Positions 42,379 through 54,947 of a DNA stretch of 64,000 nucleotides are shown here, in pieces (the stretch's first letter is position 1; each line of letters starts with the position of its first letter). The stretch comes from Eledone cirrhosa (lineage: Eukaryota). A program made the position numbers and the translations under genes. Below the pieces are notes generated by a model. The model did no database searches. It had not been told where the DNA came from and saw only the letters and a program-made list of their open reading frames with translations. The stretch spans positions 371,690,001 through 371,754,000 of the forward strand of contig OZ024740.1 of the NCBI GenBank assembly GCA_964016885.1. The letters run 5' to 3'.

Positions 42379-42699
42379 CAGTTTTTCCTCTTTCTCACTA
42401 GGTTTAAAGAATGCCAAAGAAATATTATAAGTGACTACTGCACCCCTATGAAATCACTAGGTGTTACAGGTCCATCGATCCATCCATACATAGATGCATG
42501 CAATACATCCAACAATAACTATGAAATGAAATAGAAGTATAATAAATAAATAAAATGAACAAAACAAAATAAAATTCCGTAAAACACGGCAACATAATTG
42601 GAATTACATGGGGGATTCATAACGATATACTATCATAACGATATACTACAAGACTCTACATTGCGAAAATGTGTTTGAACGACCGCCGCTTCCAATGAC

Positions 42700-42927
42700 A
42701 ACTGTTTCAGTTGCCCGAACAACGGAAAAGTCTGGTCATGAAATTTTACGTGCAAGTGGCTCAGCATTCCACCGACAACGTATTTCCCAAGAAGATTCTA
42801 CAGACATAGTATGTGACAAAGCTGGTCTTTTGAATTACCGTTTCAACTCATTTTTGCCACCTGAGTCGACTGGAGCAACGTGAAATAATGTGCCTCTCTC
42901 AAGGACTCAACGCACTACCAGGAATAG

Positions 42928-42928
<1 letters not shown>
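42700..42928 (-). mobile_element. SINE, second-family type
   Basis: GAGTCGACTGGAGCAACGTGAAATAATGTGCCTCTCTCAAGGAC..GGAATAGAAC. Confidence 0.6.
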
Positions 42929-42995
<67 letters not shown>

Positions 42996-44324
42996 GCAGT
43001 TAGTAGTAAATTGAAGTTGTATTTGCACGTAGACAGCAGAAGTCGAAAAAAGTTTGAGGTAGTCCCTATACAGTCGATGATACGAGAAACAAACCCTTGG
43101 CACCATATTGGACTCAAATACGATATTAGAAGGAAGCACCATGAAAAAAGTTTTGTCTGCATGTATGCCAAATACAATATATAACAACGAATACGCAAGG
43201 GAAGAGAATTTGTGTCTTACCCGCACTGTAACGGTTTCTGACGCTCCATCCTCTGTACAGTTACAAGTTGCAATTGTGCACCCAGAAGCTATAAATGCAC
43301 CTACTAAGTTATTACATAAGCAATTTGAACTTGGCAACGTCATCTTCAGCGGGCATTCGTTCAAATACATGCAATTTCTAACAAGCTAAGAAGATACTGC
43401 CATTTCCCTAAATAGCTCTGCTTGTATTGTGGTAAACATTCACAAAGATGCCAATACAATTTTATGTGGAAAGTGTGTAGAGGCTTATATATAAGTAGAT
43501 GTGTGTATGTGTCGCTTGTGTGAATACTTATCTTATGCGCTATATTTTTATGCTTTTTTGTATAACTCCGGAATGTTTCGTACACCAACAAAACACGTTA
43601 TCACATTGATATTAGTATTACGGCAAACAAACAGGAGTGTTGTTTGTTAAAAATGTATTATTGGATATGGTATGCATTAAATTGATGTTTGTTTGATTTG
43701 TCAATACACACTCACCCACACACATAACGTCATCAGCTTAACAAGATTATAATTATTATAGACATATACTATAAACGAATATTTAAATATAGTTTGAAAT
43801 ATTTGAAATACATAACGAACGACATTTCCAAACGTTCAAAACCAGCCTTCATATGAAGAAAAAATATTACTACTGCTTTCCCATATTAGTTGTTGCATTT
43901 AGTGTATGGACATTTTCCCGAAATAGTTTTTACATTTTTCAATGTAAATAGAATAAAAGATAAATGTAATGAAAATGGAATATTTTATTAATTCAGTGTT
44001 TGGATCCATTAATTTTGAGAAACATTTAAATAATTTAATTTACATTTAAGCATTTTTTGCCATTTAAAACAACTTCAAGGTCAAATTTAATGCTGTTTGG
44101 CAGCTGATTTTCACTTCGAAAATTTTCTTTATTAATATGCCTAATTTTATAGGAATGATTTCCATTTGGTAGAGTGATATACTCCATACATGTCTGCAAT
44201 ATTAAAAAAATCATCTGTTATCATTAGTGTTTTATTAAAAGCATTTTTAACTGCTGAAATTAATTTATCCAAATTTCGCACCAATATTTGATGCTGTAAA
44301 TATTTATTTGTAATTTAAGCAAAA

Positions 44325-44520
44325 GAACAGCCAATTCAGAGGATGGACAACGTTGATTATATCAATCCCAACTCTTGATTGGGACTTTATTTTATCGACC
44401 CTGGAATGATGAAAGATAAAGTTGACCGTTGGAATTTGAACTTAGAACGAAAAGGGCTGTAACTAAAAGCAGTAAAACATTTTGCCCGACGTTCTAACAA
44501 ATCCGCCTATCTATCACCAT
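44325..44520 (-). mobile_element. tRNA-derived SINE
   Basis: TTTATTTTATCGACCCTGGAATGATGAAAGATAAAGTTGACC. Confidence 0.65.
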
Positions 44521-45309
44521 CTGACGCTGTTATATTCAATGAATATAGATTTAAAGATTCGAGTTCTAGTACATATAACTCAGGAATATTTGGATATTAA
44601 CATTTTAGCTGCGATTCCATTCGTTTTTCTCACCTTCTATGTTTAAATTATTTGGATTTACATTCACGAGAGCTTTTAACATTATCCTACTGGGTGTAAA
44701 TGGGATACACGTTTGAAATTACATGATGCATTTGAAGTAGCAATTATTAAGTCATGTGTAAATTTTCCATTCTCAGATCATTCAAACAAATACAACATTT
44801 TGACTATAATTTATTATTTTCGATTTTGGCTTACGTGTTATTTAACATCGAATCATGGGTAATGTCATATTCTAAAATGCATAAACATAGCAGGTGAAAT
44901 TATGAAATTTTCATGTTTACTTAATATGCCGCAAGACACCCCATGTCATGAAAAATATAATCTATAGGTTTAAACGAAGCAATAAGTAATTGTCACAACG
45001 AGATATAAACACAACCTTTAATACTAATACTAAAAGTTATGCAAATATGAAAACTATTTTAAAACAAAGTTGCTATACAATATACAGAAGGACAACAAAC
45101 TGATATGAATTTGAAAGTGACATCATTTATTCTAAACAGTTTACAGACTTTTAGAGAGAGACTAAACTGTTTGTTTACTAAGACATCACGTCCGTACGTT
45201 TGTATACGACTCTCCTTTTTTCGTGTGTGGTGTATGTGCATTTATTTACGTGCATAGATGCAATATTTTATAACGAAAAATTGGTATAAATATATATATG
45301 TATATACTC

Positions 45310-45347
<38 letters not shown>

Positions 45348-45523
45348 ATACATTAACAGAGAAAGCTTTAAGCAATACTCCGACCGGCTTCCGTCTCACT
45401 CAACAAACATTAGGATATACCTTAGTATAATCCCAATTATACGTTTGGGGTGCTAACTATACGTATTTTGCGGATAGTCAGTTGTATTATTTTATATGAG
45501 ACATAATTAAATACATCTCTCTT

Positions 45524-45644
45524 TCCAAACGATCGTTTCATTATAAGTTTTCTACAAATTGGGAAAATAATGTCCAGGTTATGTAGAAGCCTACACATAG
45601 TCCATAGAAATATATGTAGGTGGCACTTACAAATCATCAGTGGA
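45524..45644 (-). ncRNA. Type I hammerhead ribozyme with large stem II insertion
   Basis: TCCA-CTGATGA-T TTGTAAGT...ACTTATAA T-GAAA-CGATCG-TT-TGGA. Confidence 0.75.
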
Positions 45645-46242
45645 TGCCCGACAATATCGATATAAAAAAAAACCTTACCGATATTAATATTCAGCGATGG
45701 TACCCGTCAGTTGTAGAGTGACCGCCAAATTTGAAATTCCAGCAGTCTCACAATGAGAAATCTCACACCGTCACCAAGCGGGAAGGGGAGGTCATCCCAA
45801 AACATAAAAGAATAAAATAATATGCACACAGGTCAATTAATTCTTTCAATAATTATAACCATGCGTGAAGAACTCAATTGGATATAAAAAAATAAATATA
45901 TGCATGTATTATTTATACACGCATATAGTTATTTTCTTAGGCTAAAAACAGAGACAAGATACCGGAAAAACAATCAATATTTCATACAAAGAATAAATAC
46001 AGAAAGTCGTACCTAAAATGTATCTGGAAATATTCATCTCTGGCCAAATCAAGAGTATAATATTTAATACATTAACAGAGAAAGTTTTAAGCAATACTCC
46101 GACCGGCTTCCGTCTCACTCAACAAACATTAGGATATACCTTAGTATAATCCCAATTATACGTTTGGGGTGCTAACTATACGTATTTTTCGGATAGCCAG
46201 TTGTATTATTTTATATGAGACATAATTAAATACATCTCTCTT

Positions 46243-46364
46243 TCCGAACGATCGTTTCATTATAAGTTTTCTACAAATTGGGAAAATAATGTCCAGGTTA
46301 TGTAGAAGCCTACACATAGTCCATAGGAATATATGTAGGTGGGCATTTATAAATCATCAGTGGA
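46243..46364 (-). ncRNA. HHR copy 2 (P1 mismatch)
   Basis: Same layout as 45524-45644; the P1 3' strand reads CGGA. Confidence 0.6.
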
Positions 46365-46868
46365 TGCTCGACAATATCGATATATAAAAAAAAATATATA
46401 TATATATATATATAAATATATATCATATATTATATATATACATATATATACATATATATATACAGAATGAATAATAACAGGTAGACATAACATTTTCAAA
46501 TGCTGCGACTACCATTTCCTCAGAGCAGAATGGTTAAAATGTAAATACCCTTGTATTTCTTAAAGGAAGTTATTGGTTATTGGTGAAGATAGAGTAGAAA
46601 GGAAGAGAGAAAGAAGGGGAGAGGGAAATAGAAAGAGAGAGAGAGAAAAAGAGAGACATGTAGGGGTTGGAGACGTGGGAGAGAGTTGTTTGAAGAATAC
46701 AGATAGCTTAATCAAAATGTTGTGGTAGGGGTTTTATTATACTGTTTACTCTCAAGGTGACAGCCCTTATGTATTGTGTTGATGTGGTCAAGATTGGGAT
46801 TATTTATTGCCACAGAGAGCAGGTTCATAAATGTGGAGAGGGAATGTGGTAGACCGAAGGCGAAAGAG

Positions 46869-46941
<73 letters not shown>

Positions 46942-47273
46942 AAGAGAGATAGAGAGGAGACAGACGAAGGCTACGAGATGGGCGATACATCGAGTTCATA
47001 GTTGTAGTCTGCAAATCGCACTCAAGTACCCATTTATAATGATAAGCAGGGTATTGGCTCGTCGTGTGGGGGCGAGGGATATAGTTAGGAAGTAGTTATT
47101 GAGAGGAATTAGTTAGCGAGAAAGCGGTGTTGTAGTCTCGGGTTCAAATATTAAGTTATTTTATAGTGAAAGAATTTAGCCTTCAGTTTGTGGTTGCAGT
47201 ATAACGATCGTTCGATTCTGTCATTTAGTAATTTTTTTTGGATTTTAAGATATAAAAGAGTTCAAGGTCGCAA

Positions 47274-48861
47274 GTTTATACAATTCGACATTGACGAATA
47301 CTACTATTCAATCTCACCCAGTACTTTACGTAAGGCCCTATCGTTTGCCAATATCAATTCCGACCGAACGGAGGACGAAATTAATATTATTCTAGAGGCT
47401 AGGAAAAATATTATCAAGTTTGATAACTGCTACTGGGAACGTAGGGACAGACCCACAAACTTCGACATCATCATGGGCTCTAACGACTCAGCGGAGGTCA
47501 CGGATCTTGTGGGAATTTACATAGCCCACATACTACATGGAAAATTTAGTAATCTACAGGGGGGAATATATAGAGATGATGCGCTTTTATTAGTTAATAA
47601 CTTAAATAACAGAAATCTTGAAAGGCTACGGAAAAACATTAGAAATTCTTTTAGTGAACTGGGTCTAAAAATAACGTACGAATACAATCTTAAAGTGGTA
47701 AATTTCCTTGACGTAACCCTTAATTTGAATACTGGACTGATACGACCCTTCCACAAGATAAATGAGAACCTTACCTATATTAATTTTAACTCGAATCACC
47801 CACTTTCCATGATCAAATCGGTTCCCCGTACTATTTCTCTCAGAATCTCTCGCCGATCGTCTAACTCTGAGATTTTCAGTGAACATGCTGAATACTATAA
47901 TAACGCATTAAGGAATGCAGACCACCGTGATAAAATAGAATACATTGATAAGAATCTCCATAACACACATAGCTTCACACGCAATCAAAGAATATATAAT
48001 CGGGGTACAGAAATACAAGCGCACACACACAGTACCACCAGACATACTAATAGAAAATCATCACCAAATAAATCACGTTGTAGAAAGTATATCTGGTATA
48101 ATCCCATTTTTAATGCTTCGATTAGTACAAAACAATCTCTTTTATTCTTTAAGTTAATTAACAAGCATTTCCCTAGTTCCCATAAATACAGTAAGATTCT
48201 AAACTCTAAGACCATTAAGCTATCATACTCCACTGCACCAAACCTTGAAGCATACATAAAAAAACTTAACTTAAAGCAATTATTAAACAACGCTACAAAA
48301 CAAAATATTTTAGTAACAGATGAGCATAACGTAATATCGGCTTCCCAACCACCAAATGGGAGGCGGGTATTACACAACCCACCTGAACTGTTATCCCAAC
48401 CTATCCATGGTATACCTGCTACCCACAACAAAAACTGCAACTGCCACCAACCCGAAAGATGCCCATTGAAGAACAAATGCCTAGAGTCCAACATTGTTTA
48501 TAAATGCACCGTTGAATCGAACGACCAGAAATGGTATTACATTGGGTCTACTACTACCTCCTTTAAATCTCGCTAGTATCGTCATCGATTTTCGATTAGG
48601 CATCCTAAACTCCGTCTTATGACTACGCTCGCCAATAAGACCTGGCAACTCCGAGAATGCAACCGGCAGTTTATCTTGAAATGGGATAAACTATCCAGCC
48701 CTAGTGCATATCAGAGGGGATTGAAGTACTGCAGATTATGCAACCTTGAACTCTTTTCTATCTTAAAATCCAAAAAAAAATTACTAAATGACAGAATCGA
48801 ACGATCGTTATACTGCAACCACAAACTGAAGGAAAAATTCTCTCACTATAAAATAACTTAA
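47274..48861 (+). pseudogene. PLE RT + GIY-YIG; one premature stop at 48574-48576
   Basis: ORFs 47188-48576 and 48619-48861 are in the same frame. The first ~28 aa of the former come from the inverted segment. Confidence 0.9.
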
Positions 48862-49322
48862 CATTTGAACCCGAGACTACAACATCGCTTTCTCGCTAAC
48901 TAATTCCTCTCAATAACTACTTCCTAACTATATCTCTCACCATCACACTACAAGCCAATACCCTGCTTATCATTATAAATGGGTACTTGAGTGCGATTTG
49001 CAGACTACAACTATGAACTCGATGTATCGCCCATCTCGTAGCCTTCGTCTGTCTCCTCTCTATATCTATTTCTTTCTCTCTCTCCCTTCCTCTCACTCAC
49101 CCCTCTGTCTCTCTATCTCTCTCGCCTTCGGTCTACCACACGCCCTCTCCACATCTATGAACCTCCTCTCTGTGATAAATAATCCCAATCTTGACCACAT
49201 CAACACAATACATAAGGGCTGTAACCTTGAGAGTAAACAGTATAATAAAACCCCTACCACAACATTCTGATTAAGCTATCTGTATTCTTCAAACCACTCT
49301 CACCCACTTCTCCAACCCCTAC

Positions 49323-49433
<111 letters not shown>

Positions 49434-49519
49434 TCTCCCTTTCTTTCTCTCTTCCTTTCTACTCTATCTTCACCAATAACTTCCTTTAAGAAATACAAGT
49501 GTATTTACATTTTAACCAT

Positions 49520-49593
49520 TCTGCTCTGAGGAAATGGTAGTCGCAGCATTTGAAAATTGAGTTTCTGCAATCAAATAATTATCAATTTGCAGA
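49520..49593 (+). ncRNA. Probable HHR variant in PLE tail
   Basis: TCTGC(T)-CTGAGGA-AATG..CATT(T)-GAAA-ATTGA..TCAAT-TT-GCAGA; contains register irregularities. Confidence 0.5.
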
Positions 49594-49847
49594 TAGCATG
49601 ACTAGGCTGTATAACTACTGTTGTAACATTTGTAAGCACTCGGAATAAATTAATTTTTATGATGTCTACCTGTTATTATTCATTCTTTATCTACACTGCA
49701 GAATTCAGAAGGATCAGAAAGTGAGTTTTTCCGACTATTCTTCCATAACTCGTTGAGTAACCCTTCACCGTACGTCAACTCTATCTAGTGTAGTAATTAA
49801 CCATTACTGCATTCAGGATAACCCTAAGCATTTCTTGCATAACCTAA

Positions 49848-49942
<95 letters not shown>

Positions 49943-49944
<2 letters not shown>

Positions 49945-50194
49945 CGTTTCTGAATTTGTTTAGCAAGATTCTTTATCTGAAAACGTGTGTTGAAACAACC
50001 GATATTGTTATACTTTGATGAGGTACAGAATGTGTGACGAAAGAACTTTGACAATATATGAACAATCATCTTGTTTAGTAACCAACCGGAAATTTATAAA
50101 TTCCTAAATTTATAAATTTAATTTATAATAAATTGAAGTGAAAGCAACAAGGTGCGTGTGTTTCTTATTGGCAACATGACCCTCCGAAAGTATA

Positions 50195-50195
<1 letters not shown>
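49943..50195. mobile_element. PLE tail fragment with inversion (family of 51978-53254)
   Basis: 49943-50015 is collinear with 51978-52046. 50016-50195 is the reverse complement of ~52033-52215, including the 3' half of the HHR. Confidence 0.8.
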
Positions 50196-50846
<651 letters not shown>

Positions 50847-51018
50847 TAAAATTAGAATTGGTGCTCTGAAATACCGATATATATATATGAATGTATATAT
50901 AGTGTATTTTGCAATACACTGTATGCTTAATTAAAAGCATTTCAAAGACCTTACGCTATTGTTTTAGAGTAGAGACAGTCTCACTTACTTTAAATTTTCA
51001 GCAAACAGGGGGAGATAA

Positions 51019-51063
51019 AGCTGACAGAGCTCTGTTTCGTACTTTTTGGTACTTATCAAAGCT
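51019..51063 (-). ncRNA. Minimal type I hammerhead ribozyme, U3-A8 variant
   Basis: AGCT-TTGATAA-GTAC CAAAAA GTAC-GAAA-CAGAGCTCTG-TC-AGCT. Confidence 0.85.
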
Positions 51064-51147
51064 AATTACTCCACCTGTATCCTGATTATTACTAGAATTC
51101 TATAAGAATCAAGCATTCATGATTTTCAGCAAACAGGTGCAGTACTT

Positions 51148-51192
51148 AGCTTTGATAAGTACCAAAAAGTACAAAACAGAGCTCTGTCAACT
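51148..51192 (+). ncRNA. HHR U3-A8 copy with G12A (GAAA to AAAA), likely inactive
   Basis: AGCT-TTGATAA-GTACCAAAAAGTAC-AAAA-CAGAGCTCTG-TC-AACT. Confidence 0.65.
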
Positions 51193-51469
51193 TTATCTCT
51201 CCTGTTTGCTGAAAATTTAAAGTAAGTGAGACTGTCACTACTCTAAAACAATAGCGTAAGGTCTTCGAAATGCTTTTAATTAAGCATACAGTGTATTGCA
51301 AAATACACTATATATACATTCATATATATATATCGGTATTTCAGAGCACCAATTCTAATTTTTAATTTCTGCTTGACCGGCAACCGCTCTGTATAATCAC
51401 TTCCTGATTAATATTAGAATTCTATAAGAATCAAACATTCATGATTTTTAGCAAACAGGTGGAATACTT

Positions 51470-51514
51470 AGCTTTGATAGGTACCAAAAAGTACGAAACA
51501 GAGGTATGTAAGCT
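51470..51514 (+). ncRNA. HHR U3-A8 copy, degenerate (A9G, stem III changes)
   Basis: AGCT-TTGATAG-GTACCAAAAAGTAC-GAAA-CAGAGGTATG-TA-AGCT. Confidence 0.55.
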
Positions 51515-51641
51515 TTATCTCACCCTGTTTGCTGAAAATTTAAAGTAAGTGAGACTGTCACTACTCTAAAACAATAGCGTAAGGTCTTCGAAATGCTTTT
51601 AATTAAGCATATAGTGTATTGTAAAATACACTATATATACA

Positions 51642-51760
<119 letters not shown>

Positions 51761-52182
51761 ATATATATAATATATATTTATATATATATAATATATATTT
51801 ATATATATATAATATATATTTATATATATATATATATGTATATATATACACATGTATATGTGTACAATATATAATATATATTTATATATATATACACATA
51901 TATATGTGTATATATAATATATATTTATATATATATATATATATATACACGTATATATGTACATATATAATATATATCGTTTCTGAATTTGTTTAGCAAG
52001 ATTCTTTATCTGAAATCGTGTGTTGAAACCGATATTGTTATACTTTGGGAGGGTCATGTTGCCAATAAGAAACACACGCACCTTGTTGCTTTTACTTCAA
52101 TTTATTATAATAAATTTATGAATTTAGGAATTTATAAATTTCTGGTTGGTTGGTTCCACAACCAGGTAGTTGTTTATGTATT

Positions 52183-52225
52183 GTCAAAGTTCTTTCGTCA
52201 CACATTCTGTGACCTCTTCAGTGAC
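52183..52225 (-). ncRNA. Minimal type I hammerhead ribozyme
   Basis: GTCA-CTGAAGA-(G)GTCACA GAATG TGTGAC-GAAA-GAAC-TT-TGAC. Confidence 0.75.
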
Positions 52226-52438
52226 TGGGGATTCTTTTCTTTGTTTTTGTGCCTCTCCTTTGTTCTGTCCTACGCCATTTTGTTTCTGTGTGTGTGTTGT
52301 GTGCTCAGTCTGCGCATGCGCCACATCCGGGTGTCTGTGTGTGTTTATATTTGTTTATTTATTTGTTTATTTATTTGTTTATTTACATGTTACCGGTTGG
52401 TTGTTTGTTCTATGTGTGTGTGTGTTTTCATTTTGTCC

Positions 52439-53254
52439 TTAATTGTAAGTTGTGATGTTGCTGTTCCACTCATATTTTCTATTTAATTTTGGTTGTAATT
52501 CTTTTATGTTTATTGCCTCTGTGATTTGTCTAAACATTGCGTCTTTTCTCTGTGTAGATTCTATTTTTATTTCTATGTTCTCTAATTTACCCTTATGTTC
52601 TATTTTAGCATGTTGGTAGAGTACAGATGATTCTTTACTATCTTGAAGGTCTCGCCAGTGTTCATTTATCCGTTCCCCTACACTACGAGCTGTCTCACCT
52701 ATGTACACTATATTTTTGTCTCTACATTGTCCTTCAGTACATCTTATGCTATACACTACATTTCTAGTTTTACAGTTAATATGGGGGCTTATTATACAGG
52801 TTATACATTTCTTATCTATACAGGGGGGTCTTTGGAAAGGGTATGTCTTGCTAATAAGTGTTTTTACGGAGGTACCTGGTCTTTCTAATATCTTAATATT
52901 GAGTTTATGTTTATCTAGGGCCCTTCTAAATTTGTAAGCTAATTCACCTCTAGGGGTTGTATCGATGAACATTACACTCTGGTATTTATTGCTATCATAC
53001 CATGAGTTTATTCTATTAGTCTTATTCCTAGTTCTTTCTATTCTATTCCAAAATTTGCTCCTATACAAGGGGCAGGTCCCATTTGTGTCATTATTTACCA
53101 TTTTTTCCCATTTGGTTCTGGCTCCTCTATACACTCTGATTCTATCTTTCTGATTGTAACCAGAGAACTGCATACGGTGGATGAAGTGTTGTATGTGTCT
53201 CTCTAGTTCTTCGGGGTTGCACATGCGGGACACGTTTCTCATCACCCGTACCAA
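52439..53254 (-). CDS. PLE C-terminal region with GIY-YIG endonuclease (5'-truncated, open)
   Basis: [63 protein letters not shown]. Confidence 0.85.
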   Translation of the reverse strand: MVRVMRNVSRMCNPEELERHIQHFIHRMQFSGYNQKDRIRVYRGARTKWEKMVNNDTNGTCPLYRSKFWNRIERTRNKTNRINSWYDSNKYQSVMFIDTTPRGELAYKFRRALDKHKLNIKILERPGTSVKTLISKTYPFQRPPCIDKKCITCIISPHINCKTRNVVYSIRCTEGQCRDKNIVYIGETARSVGERINEHWRDLQDSKESSVLYQHAKIEHKGKLENIEIKIESTQRKDAMFRQITEAINIKELQPKLNRKYEWNSNITTYN

Positions 53255-53505
53255 ATCCGCAATCAGTATATTTATATATATATATATATATATGTGTGTC
53301 TGTGTATATATGAATATATATTATATATTATACACATATATATGTGTGTATATATATACATATATATATAAATATATATTATATACATATAAATATATAT
53401 TATATATATACACATATATACATAAAATATATATATATATACATATATATAAACATATATATATATACATATCTGTATATATATATATATATATATACAT
53501 ATCTA

Positions 53506-53547
<42 letters not shown>

Positions 53548-53587
53548 TATATGAAAATTGCAAACTTGACTGTCACCACAGAATATA

Positions 53588-53622
53588 AACCTGAAGATTG
53601 CGAAAGCATGAAAGTACTTGTT
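53588..53622 (+). ncRNA. Minimal type I hammerhead ribozyme in a solo ~190-bp tail (53552-53740)
   Basis: AAC-CTGAAGA-T TGC GAAA GCA T-GAAA-GTAC-TT-GTT. Confidence 0.72.
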
Positions 53623-53739
53623 CAATTAACACTTAACAGTTAATATTCTACCTTACTATTTCATTCTAATACCATTATACATTTTAAAGGATCGTAAATA
53701 ATACGAGTAAATTAGAGAAAGTTGGAATTCCTTTTATTA

Positions 53740-53775
<36 letters not shown>

Positions 53776-53777
<2 letters not shown>

Positions 53778-54230
53778 TAGAAATTAGAAATTATAAGCTT
53801 TCACCGTATTTTAGACTAAAGAAATTTCTAGCTTGATAGTGGGGTTTATAACCCTCGGAGAAATGGAAAAAGATGAGTGTTGCCGTACATGGGAGTCGAA
53901 CCCACATCTTTGGTTATCCAGACCACTGTGCTACCATTACACCCATATACTTGCTAAGTTCATAGCTTCTAATTCGAATGGAAGGGGATGGGATGTGTAT
54001 TGGTGTAATGGTAGCACAGTGGTCTGGATAACCAAAGATGTGGGTTCGACTCCCATGTACGGCAACACTCATCTTTTTCCATTTCTCCGAGGGTTATAAA
54101 CCCCACTATCAGGCTAGAAATTTCTTTAGTCTAAAATACGGTGAAAGCTTATAATTTCTAATTTCTAATTTCAAACTCGCGCACCGTTTCAAAAACATAC
54201 TTACATGTTTACGTTTATAATTTGCTTGTT

Positions 54231-54232
<2 letters not shown>
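53776..54232. mobile_element. Fold-back element with two divergent tRNA-like heads (arms ~175 bp)
   Basis: 53776-53950 is inverted to 53995-54169. Each arm has A-box TGGTGTAATGG and B-box GGTTCGACTCC. Confidence 0.8.
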
Positions 54233-54262
<30 letters not shown>

Positions 54263-54295
54263 TGTTTTTCATCCTCAGTGTATACTGATTAATGT

Positions 54296-54580
54296 TCAGA
54301 GCTGTATGGGAGCATCCCAAGAGTCAGCTCAAAAGTGACACAGAGGAGACTGAGGTTGGCTGGACATGCTCACCGACATCCGGAGTTGACATTGCACTCA
54401 GTGCTCCTTTGGGAGCCCCTACATAGACACACTAGAAGAGGAAGACCAAGGTTAACATATGTTGATGCCCTAAGGACAGACACTGGTCTGTTGGAGATGC
54501 AGGATATGGCAGCGATAATGAGGGACAGAGACCGCTGGAGAGAACTCGTCCATGGATCTCGGGAATTTTACCCGCCTTAG
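54296..54580 (+). mobile_element. RTE 3' fragment with (GATA)n tail
   Basis: [40 protein letters not shown]. Confidence 0.85.
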
Positions 54581-54745
54581 ATATAGATAGATAGATACAT
54601 ATATGTATATACATATATATATACATATATGTATATATATATATACATATACATATATGTATGTATGTATGTATGTATATATATATATATATGTATATAT
54701 ATATGAATATATATATATGTATATATATATATGTATATATATATT

Positions 54746-54778
<33 letters not shown>

Positions 54779-54819
54779 GAATATATATATATGTATATAT
54801 ATATATGTATATATATATG

Positions 54820-54851
<32 letters not shown>

Positions 54852-54875
54852 GATGTATATATAGATGTATATACA

Positions 54876-54926
<51 letters not shown>

Positions 54927-54947
54927 AAGCAAATTATAAACGTATAT

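Larger units (their letters stand above)
45342..46392 (-). mobile_element. ~1.5-unit tandem of a ~720-bp non-coding HHR-bearing repeat
   Basis: 45342-45670 is repeated at 46061-46392. Flanked by (TA)n. Each copy has an HHR on the minus strand. Confidence 0.8.
51978..53266 (-). mobile_element. 5'-truncated Penelope-like element (GIY-YIG + tail)
   Basis: ORF 52439-53254 followed by an HHR-containing 3' tail; (TA)n on both sides. Confidence 0.9.

Noticed and set aside
47188-47273. N-terminus of the 462-aa ORF
   Set aside because: It is the reverse complement of the element's own 3' end, in frame by chance.
53995-54068. Functional tRNA gene
   Set aside because: A and B boxes are present, but the acceptor and anticodon stems do not pair properly; it is a SINE-like head.
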